From assembly GCF_009914755.1 (NCBI RefSeq), contig NC_060943.1: 64,000 nucleotides of DNA. One strand, given 5' to 3'. Of this stretch, positions 50,618 through 64,000 are shown piece by piece. Numbering within the stretch: position 1 is the stretch's first letter; each line of letters opens with the position of its first letter. Source of the stretch: the human T2T-CHM13v2.0 reference genome, Homo sapiens. Position numbers and translations under genes: made by a program. A model generated the notes under the pieces. It had not been told where the DNA came from and ran no database searches. It was given only the letters and a program-made list of their open reading frames with translations.

Positions 50618-50970
50618 TAAAATTTCAGCCCCTAAAACTTCTTTTCTTTTCTTTTTCTTTTTTTGTTTTAAAGAGACAGGGTTTTGCTCTGTTGCCCAGG
50701 CTAGAGTGCAGTGAGGCAATCATATCTCACTGCAGCCTTGACTTTCTGGGCTCAAGTAATCCTCCCACCTCAACCTCCCGAGTAGTTGGGACTACAGGCA
50801 CACACCACCACGCCCAGCTAATTTTTTGTTATTGTTGTTGTTGTAGAGATGAGGGTCTCACTATGTTGCCCAGGCTGGTCTTGAACTCCTGGCCTTGAGT
50901 GATCCTCCCACCTTGGCTTCCCCAGTAGCTGGGACTACAGGAGCATGCCACTGTGCCTGGCAGCACCTGA

Positions 50971-51216
<246 letters not shown>

Positions 51217-51304
51217 TGATTTGCCCACCTCGGCCTCCCAAAGTGCTGGGATTACAGGCATGAGCCACCGCGCCTGACCAAGTATCTGAAACTTCTATCC
51301 CTGA

Positions 51305-52170
<866 letters not shown>

Positions 52171-52599
52171 TGACCTCAGGTGATCCGCCTGCCTCGGCCT
52201 CCCAAAGTGCTGGGATTACAGGCATGAGCCACCGTGCCCGGTCTTGGAGTTTTAATGGTAATTAATCATGGCTAACATCTCACGGGCCCTTCCTGTGATG
52301 TAGGTGTAGTGTTAGTCTCACTCTCTATATAAATGCTTTTCATTGTCTCACCAACACAGGAAGTTAGTGAGAAAATTCAAGTGCAGAGTAGTGAAGCGTC
52401 ACAGGCAAGGGACTTCACCTTTCTGCATCTTGTTTTCTTCATCTGTGAAACAGGATCATAATGTCTGTCTCTTGGGGTAATAATGTGGACTGCTAATGCC
52501 AAATGCCAACCAACTGCACCTCCTAGACTGTCAGCAAATGGCATCTTTTACGAGGAGCCGTATCAGCCTGGCACACAATAGTTAACCACTAAGTCTGGG

Positions 52600-52770
52600 C
52601 TGAATGCCCGGCTAAGCTGGTGCCCTAGTGCAAACAATCGCTTTCATTATCCCAGTTGCTGGGAGAATTGGGCAAGGAGAGACCCATAAAATACCTAAGA
52701 CGAAAGTTACTAGGATAGCCAGGGGCTTGTCTTCCGGGTGGCGCCGAGGCCAGGAAACTGTCCTCTCTAA
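52600..52770 (+). promoter_or_regulatory. NWD1: Putative distal NWD1 promoter with RFX X-box and ETS motif
   Basis: Unique, CpG-enriched patch with X-box-like GTTACTAGGATAGC (52706-52719) and CTTCCGGG (52731-52738). NWD1 identity comes from recalled gene order downstream of TMEM38A. Confidence 0.6.
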
Positions 52771-53100
52771 CCTATTTCCCCAGAGGAGTCTAAATTGGTC
52801 GTTCAACTACCAGCAAAGGCTAAAGAGAGGCTGGAGCCCCCAGGACAGCCAGAACGCTGACACTGCAAAGGGCCTCTGTCCTTACTGGGGAAGCCCAGTC
52901 CTGCTCAGCTGTCTTCTTCAGCAACAAACAGAAGTCCAGAAAGAGAAACAGTTGTGGAGGAAGCTGTTGTGATGATAATTTACTGAGCACCTACTATGTG
53001 CCAGGCACGCCAGCCTTACCAGACAAGATCCTTGGGCTCATGGAATTCACTTTCTCGTGGGACAGACAAACAATAACATGTAGAAACATATCAGCTGTTG
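52770..53100 (+). other. NWD1: NWD1 non-coding exon 1 (start approximate); 3' part L2-derived
   Basis: Strong donor TTG|gtgagt at 53100/53101. Sequence from about 52978 (tttactgagcacctactatgtgccaggcac) is an L2 3'-end motif. Confidence 0.6.
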
Positions 53101-53591
53101 GTGAGTACCATGCAGAAAATTAAAATAAGGCGATGGCATTGGGAGTGACTTAAGGGGTCACTACGCAATGGGATGGTCAGAGACAGCCTCTCAGGAGGAG
53201 GTAGCATTGAAGCTAAAATGTGAACAACATGAACAGATGCAGCATAGAGCACTAAAGTACAGGACGTGCAAAGGCCCTGAGGTTGAAATAAGCTAAATGC
53301 ATTAGACTAGGGGGTTCTCGAGTAAGGGGAATTCTGCCCCCTAGGGGACATTGCAATGTCTAGGGAGACTTTTTTTTTTTTGAGACGGAGTCTCGCTCTG
53401 TCACTAGGCTGGAGTGCAGTGGCGTGATCTCAGTTACTGCAAGCTCTGCCTCCCAGGTTCACACCATTCTCCTGCCTCAGCCTCCTGAGTAGCTGGGACT
53501 ACAGGTGTCCGCCACATGCCCGGCTAATTTTTTGTATTTTTAGTAGAGACGGGGTTTCACCGTGTTAGCCAGGATGGTCTCGATCTCCTGA

Positions 53592-53969
<378 letters not shown>

Positions 53970-54601
53970 TAATTGTGACGACTTTGGTGGTGGTGGTGGG
54001 GGTGTGCTGTTGAAATCTAGTGGGTGGGGGCCGGAAATGCTTTGCAACATCCTAAAATGCATGGGACAATTGCCACCACAGAGGATGATCTGGCCTCAAA
54101 TGTTTGTCATACTGAGATGGAGGAAGTCTGGGAGAGAGACTAGGAAAAAGCCTAGAGGTGAAAGGCAAGGTCAAAGACTCTTATCCTCCTGCGATCATCA
54201 GCAGGCAGTAACCAAGGGAGCGTGGCCAGGCGCTGAAGTGAATTCGGGTCCAAGGAGCCTGCTGGGACCCAGGAAAACGAGAGAAGGAACAGAAATTGTG
54301 GTGGAGGCAAATTCAAGATCAGAAGATTGGGGAGGAGGTGCTAAGAGAGGTCTGGAGAGATGCTGGGACCCAGAACTGGGGCCTCAGTGAGATCAGCAGG
54401 CTGCAGCTAAACTGTGGTATCCAGGTGAGTTGTGGGAAGGTGGCTGGGGGGCCGGGCTGGGTTTATGGGGGCGGGGTCCCTGGAGGAGAGGGGGTCTGAC
54501 CCGCACTCGCTCCCTGACTCTGCCCTTCTAGCTGGTGAGAAAGTTCTCACTCTAAGCTGCAGTTTTCTCATCTGTTGAATGGTGACGCTCAACTCTATTT
54601 A

Positions 54602-56876
<2,275 letters not shown>

Positions 56877-57172
56877 TGGCAGAGTCTGTCCTGGGTGGAC
56901 AAGGCAGGGAAGGGAAGTCAAGGCAGAGAGGATAGTAAGAGCAAAGACACAAAGGTTTGAAAATACAGTTGACCCAGTAGAATCAATATCACTGTTTTGT
57001 TGAGAGCTCACTAATGCTGGGCATTTTATAGACCTATCTCCCAACCGCCTTGTTGATGTTTTGTTCAAGGTGGATATTTTCGGCATTAATTTTGATCTGC
57101 TAACACATTGCACTACCTCATATATTGCTGCAGAGACAAGCGCCCTGAATGGCTCTTACTTTCATTTCACAG

Positions 57173-57270
57173 ACCATGCGGCCGATGCCCTGGGAGGGAG
57201 ACCACTTGCTTAAGTCCTCCAGGAGGGCGATGGAGGAGCCGGCATTCCAACCAGGCTCACGGATGCCAAG
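57173..57270 (+). other. NWD1: NWD1 5' UTR exon, 98 nt, exonised MIR
   Basis: Acceptor ctcttactttcatttcacag|A; donor AAG|gtatac. Aligns by eye to the MIR core (cattttacagatgaggaaactgagg...acttgcccaagg...agagccgggattcgaacccagg). Confidence 0.65.
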
Positions 57271-58085
57271 GTATACGCGTGTTCTCTCTGCCTCCAGCGG
57301 TGGTTTGCTACTGTTGTGAAGAGGTTGGGCAGGATTCAGGTCGCCAGGGCATTTTCAATAATGTCAGATCATGGCTGGACGTGGGGCCTCACACCTGTAA
57401 TATCAGCACTTTGGGAGGCTCAGGTGGGAGGATCGTTTGTTGGCAGGAGCCTGCCAAGTTCCAGCCTTGAACTCAACCCAGTGAGACCCCATTTCTACAA
57501 AAAAAATATTTTTTTTTGAGACGAAGTTTCGCTCCTATTGCCCAGGCTGGAGTGTAATGGCGCCATCTTGGCTCATGCAACCTCTGCCTCCCAGGTTCGA
57601 GTAATTCTCCTGCCTCAGCCTCCCAAGTAGCTGGGACTACAGGCATGTGACACCATACCCAGCTAATTTTTTGTATTTTTAGTAGAGATGGGGTTTCACC
57701 ATGTTGGCCAGGCTGGTCTGGAACTCCTGACCTCAGGTGGTCCACCCACCTCGACCTCCCAAAGTGCTGGGATTACAGGCGTGAGCCACTATGCCTAGCC
57801 AAAAATTTTTATTTATTTTTTATTTTTTTATTTTTTGAGACGGGGTCTCACTCTGTCGCCCAGGCTGGAGTGCAGTGGTATGATCTTGGCTCACTGCAAC
57901 CTCTCTGCCTCCCAGGTTCACGCAATTCCCATGCCTCAGCCTCTCGAATAGCTGGGACTACAGGCGTGCACCACCATGGCCAGCTAATTTTTGTATTTTT
58001 AGTAGAAGCAAGGTTGGCCAGGCTGATCCTAGACTCCTAGGCTCAAATGATTCGCCTGTCTTGGACTCCCAAAGTGCTGGGATTA

Positions 58086-58286
<201 letters not shown>

Positions 58287-58321
58287 CTAACAACAAACCT
58301 CCTGCAGGCAAAGATAACTAG

Positions 58322-58947
<626 letters not shown>

Positions 58948-59139
58948 TAGAAGAGACAGGGTTTCTCCACATTGGTCAGGCTGGTCTCGAACTCTTGACC
59001 TCAGGTGATCTGCCCACCTCGGCCTCCCAAAGTGCTGGGATTACAGGCGTGAGCCACAGCTCCTGGCCCATGGCTCTATTTTTAAAAAACTTTTTTTTGC
59101 AGAGATGAGGGCTCACTGTGTTGCCCTGGCTGGCCTTGA

Positions 59140-59762
<623 letters not shown>

Positions 59763-60012
59763 AATAGTATGTGCGGTGCCTGGACGTGGAAGGACTTTGC
59801 CTCGTGGGAGGGGGTGGGAAGGGCAGAATGGGGTGGGACTTTCGTCAAGCGGTTGTCTTTCTTGTCTGGGCTGTGGGGCTGGGCATGGCTCCCAGCCTCT
59901 CCTCTGCACACCTGGGCTCAGGCTCAACTTACACGGGTAGGCCCCAGGGGACCCAGGTGTTCAAGAGGTTGGCTGGTCCCCGGGCCCCAATGCCCAGCAC
60001 TGGGAAACCATA

Positions 60013-60026
60013 GTTGCTATGGTGAC
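60013..60026. promoter_or_regulatory. RFX X-box in a candidate proximal NWD1 promoter
   Basis: GTTGCTATGGTGAC, a near-consensus imperfect palindrome, in GC-rich unique sequence about 340 bp upstream of ATG 60363. Confidence 0.6.
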
Positions 60027-60362
60027 TACTGCGCTCTGAGGACGAGGAGCTGGGAAGAGGACTCCCGTGCCTAGAGGAGCCAACATCCAGAGGTCTTGGC
60101 GGGGAGGCCACTGTCTAATATCCCTCCATGAGTGCTTGCAGACCAAGGAAAGCAGTGGAGAGGAGCTGGTTCAGCTCCCCAGAGGCACTGGAGGTGGTGG
60201 GGGCTGCAGGTCACTGGGGGAGCCTCGGAAGGTGAAACTGGCTCCCCGTTCCTGATGGCCCTGCCCGGCTGGCCTACCAGGAAGGCTGCCTGGCTGCTGG
60301 CGTGAGGTCTCTGAGCCCCACGCCCTTTCCAGGGGAAGGGTCATCTTGGTGGGTGGGCGGCA

Positions 60363-60480
60363 ATGAGCGTGGGCCCTCTCAGCCCGAGTACCCGCCGGCG
60401 GCTTCTGCGGGGTGAAGCCGGCCCCCTCCCAGCACCTCCACCCAGCGGTGTGACCATCTTCATCAGTTCCACAGTCTCAG
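60363..60480 (+). CDS. NWD1: Candidate first coding exon of NWD1 (start of a DUF4062/TIR-like domain)
   Basis: ggcggcaATGa (purine at -3); 39 codons plus 1 nt ending VTIFISSTVS; consensus donor CAG|gtaagg; possible acceptor cgccctttccag at 60332/60333. Motif resembles the NWD2/TEP1/NPHP3-type 'R(V/I)FISSTF.D' strand. Confidence 0.7.
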
Positions 60481-60539
60481 GTAAGGTGCAGGGTATGGAT
60501 GGGGGCTCAGAGGCAGGTTGGCACGCTCAGGCGGTGTCA

Positions 60540-60719
<180 letters not shown>

Positions 60720-61375
60720 TTAGCTGGGCGTAGTGGTGGGTGCCTGTAATCCCAGCTACTTGAGAGGCTGAGGCAGGAGAATCCCTGAACCTGGGAGGCA
60801 GAGGTTGCAGTGAGCCAAGATCGCGCCATAGCACTCCAGCCTGAGCAACAGAGCAAGACTCTGTCTCAAGAAACAAAATAAACCAAAAACTCAAAAAGGA
60901 GATATTAGATAATAGCATGCAGCTACACAGCACTGCCTAACTCCACATTCAGTGAAGTCAGTTGGCAACTTGATATTAACCAGGGTGGAGCATTTAAACC
61001 ACGGAAATTGGCAGAAAATACAAATCGGATTTAAAAAAATTTGTTTTGGAGAACAGAGTATTATGGAACATTTGCTGGGTCACTGCTCTTTTTTTTTTTT
61101 TTTTTTTCTGAGATGGAGTCTCACTCTGTCGCCCAGGCTGGAGTGCAGTGGTGCGATCTGGACTCACTATTACCTCTGTCTCCCAGGTTCAAGGGATTCT
61201 CCTGCCTCAGCCTCCTGAGCAGCTGAGATTACAGCCACCTGCCACCATGTCTGACTAATTTTTGTATTTTTAGTAGAGATGGGGTTTCACCATGCTGACC
61301 AGGCTGGTGTCAAACTCCTGACCTCAGGTCATCTGCCCCACTCAGCCTCCCAAAGTGCTGGGATTACAGGCGTGA

Positions 61376-61546
<171 letters not shown>

Positions 61547-61588
61547 TGAGACCATCCTGGCTAACACAGTGAAACCCTGTCTCTACTA

Positions 61589-61861
<273 letters not shown>

Positions 61862-62339
61862 CTATGATGTGAATGCAGCTCAGGTAGTGACTCATGTGGG
61901 AGCCTCCTGGACCCTCTGTTTCCTCCTCGAGAAGCCAGACTGAGAACCCAACTTGATAGAGTTGCTGTGAGTGGCATACGATGTTACAACTAATATTTAT
62001 GACCAATGTACTGTGTGTCAGGCTTAAAAACTGCCAGAACCTTGCCACAGCTGCATGGCCCTGTGTGACCGGACCCTGCTCACCTCCCCAACCTTATCTC
62101 ATGTGGTCACTCCCTTGTCTACCTGTCATATCCACACCAGAATCCATAGATCCGGGAACCCACAAGGCCCTGGGGCCCATATCAGGACTATCACTCTCAC
62201 GGTTCCCTCTTCTCCTTCTTATTCTGATCCTTTGGGTCTCAGTGCAAACACCCCGTCTTCAGGGAGCCCTTCTCTGCCCCTCGATGTAAAGTAGATTTGT
62301 CCCTCTGAAGTGGGCAGATTGCTTGAGCTCAGGAGTTCA

Positions 62340-62776
<437 letters not shown>

Positions 62777-62867
62777 CTAGCCCAGCCCACCCGTGTGTTT
62801 TCAATAGCACTCTTCACAAACTGCAAGTACTTTTTAAAACTATTTATGGGCCGGGCGCAGTGGCTCA

Positions 62868-63172
<305 letters not shown>

Positions 63173-63974
63173 TTATGTATTTATTTATTGTGCCCCTTGG
63201 TTAAGCATAAGGGGTACAATGGCAAACAAGATATAATCCACTGGTCACAGTGGCTCACTCCTGTAATCCCAGTGCTTTGAGAGGCCAAAGCAATTGGATT
63301 GCTTGAGCCTAGGAGTCTGAGGCCAGCCTAGAAAACATAGTGAGACTCCTTCTCTACAAAAAATTTAAAAAAATATATATGGCTGTGGTGGTGCCCCTCT
63401 ATAATCCCAGCTACTCAGGAGGCTGAGGTGGGAGGATTGACTGATGCTAGGAGTTTGAGGTTACAGTGAGCTATGATTGCACCACTGCCCTCCAGCCTGG
63501 GTGATGGAGTGAGACCTGTCCCTTAAAAAACATTTTTTTAAAAATATATACAGGGCTGGGTATGGTGGCTCATGTCTGTAATCCCAACACTTTGGGAGGC
63601 TGAGGTGGGAAGATGGCTTGAGTCCAGGAGTTCAAGACCAGCCTAGGAAACATAAGGAGACTCCACAAAATAAATAAAATAACTGCCTATTGCGATTTTT
63701 TTTATTTTTCTTTCTTTCTTTTTTTTTTTTTTTTTGAGATGGTGGCAGCAGATGAGGCTTTAGCCGCAGGCCAGGCGCAGTGGCTCACGCCTGTAATCCC
63801 AACACTTTGGGAGGCAGAGGAGAGAGAATCTCTTGAGGCCAGGAACTCGAGACCAGCCTGGGCAACATAGCGAGATCCCATTCTCCACAAAAAAGGGGAA
63901 AAAAGACAAAAGTAAATCAATAAAATAAAAGCAGAGCTATGAGGCTGGGAAGAGTTCTGAGTCCTTTCCACTAA

Positions 63975-64000
63975 TACCCTCCATGCCCTTCCTTGCAGAT
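63975..64000 (+). other. NWD1: Splice acceptor and first two bases (AT, 63999-64000) of the next NWD1 exon
   Basis: Branch-point-like cactaat followed by ccctccatgcccttccttgcag|AT. Confidence 0.7.

Noticed and set aside
52628-52972. 114-aa non-repeat ORF over the NWD1 promoter and exon 1
   Set aside because: GTG start upstream of the likely TSS, no internal Met, no recognisable domain.

Overview
Very Alu-dense primate (almost certainly human, 19p13.11 by gene order) genomic DNA. The + strand carries coding exons 2-6 and the 3' UTR of TMEM38A (TRIC-A); exon 1 lies upstream of the window. About 30 kb of repeat-dominated intergenic DNA follows, then what I interpret as the 5' end of NWD1: a promoter, two transposon-derived non-coding exons, and the acceptor of the next exon in the last bases of the window. 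The main finding is a 118-nt ATG-initiated reading frame at 60363-60480 (MSVGPLSPSTRRRLLRGEAGPLPAPPPSGVTIFISSTVS). It has a consensus donor, a nearby RFX X-box, and a phase-1 join to the 63999 acceptor (G|AT = Asp). It looks like the first strand ('IFISST.sD') of the DUF4062/TIR-like N-terminal domain of NWD-family NACHT-WD40 proteins, and so may be the ancestral coding start of NWD1, absent from the human protein as I recall it. Other observations: a tandem donor that could truncate TRIC-A, an old local duplication with an internal inversion, a CTCF motif between the genes, and a candidate 3'-UTR retrocopy. Repeat family names were assigned by eye and repeat boundaries are approximate. Nearly all ORFs in the supplied track are Alu artefacts.
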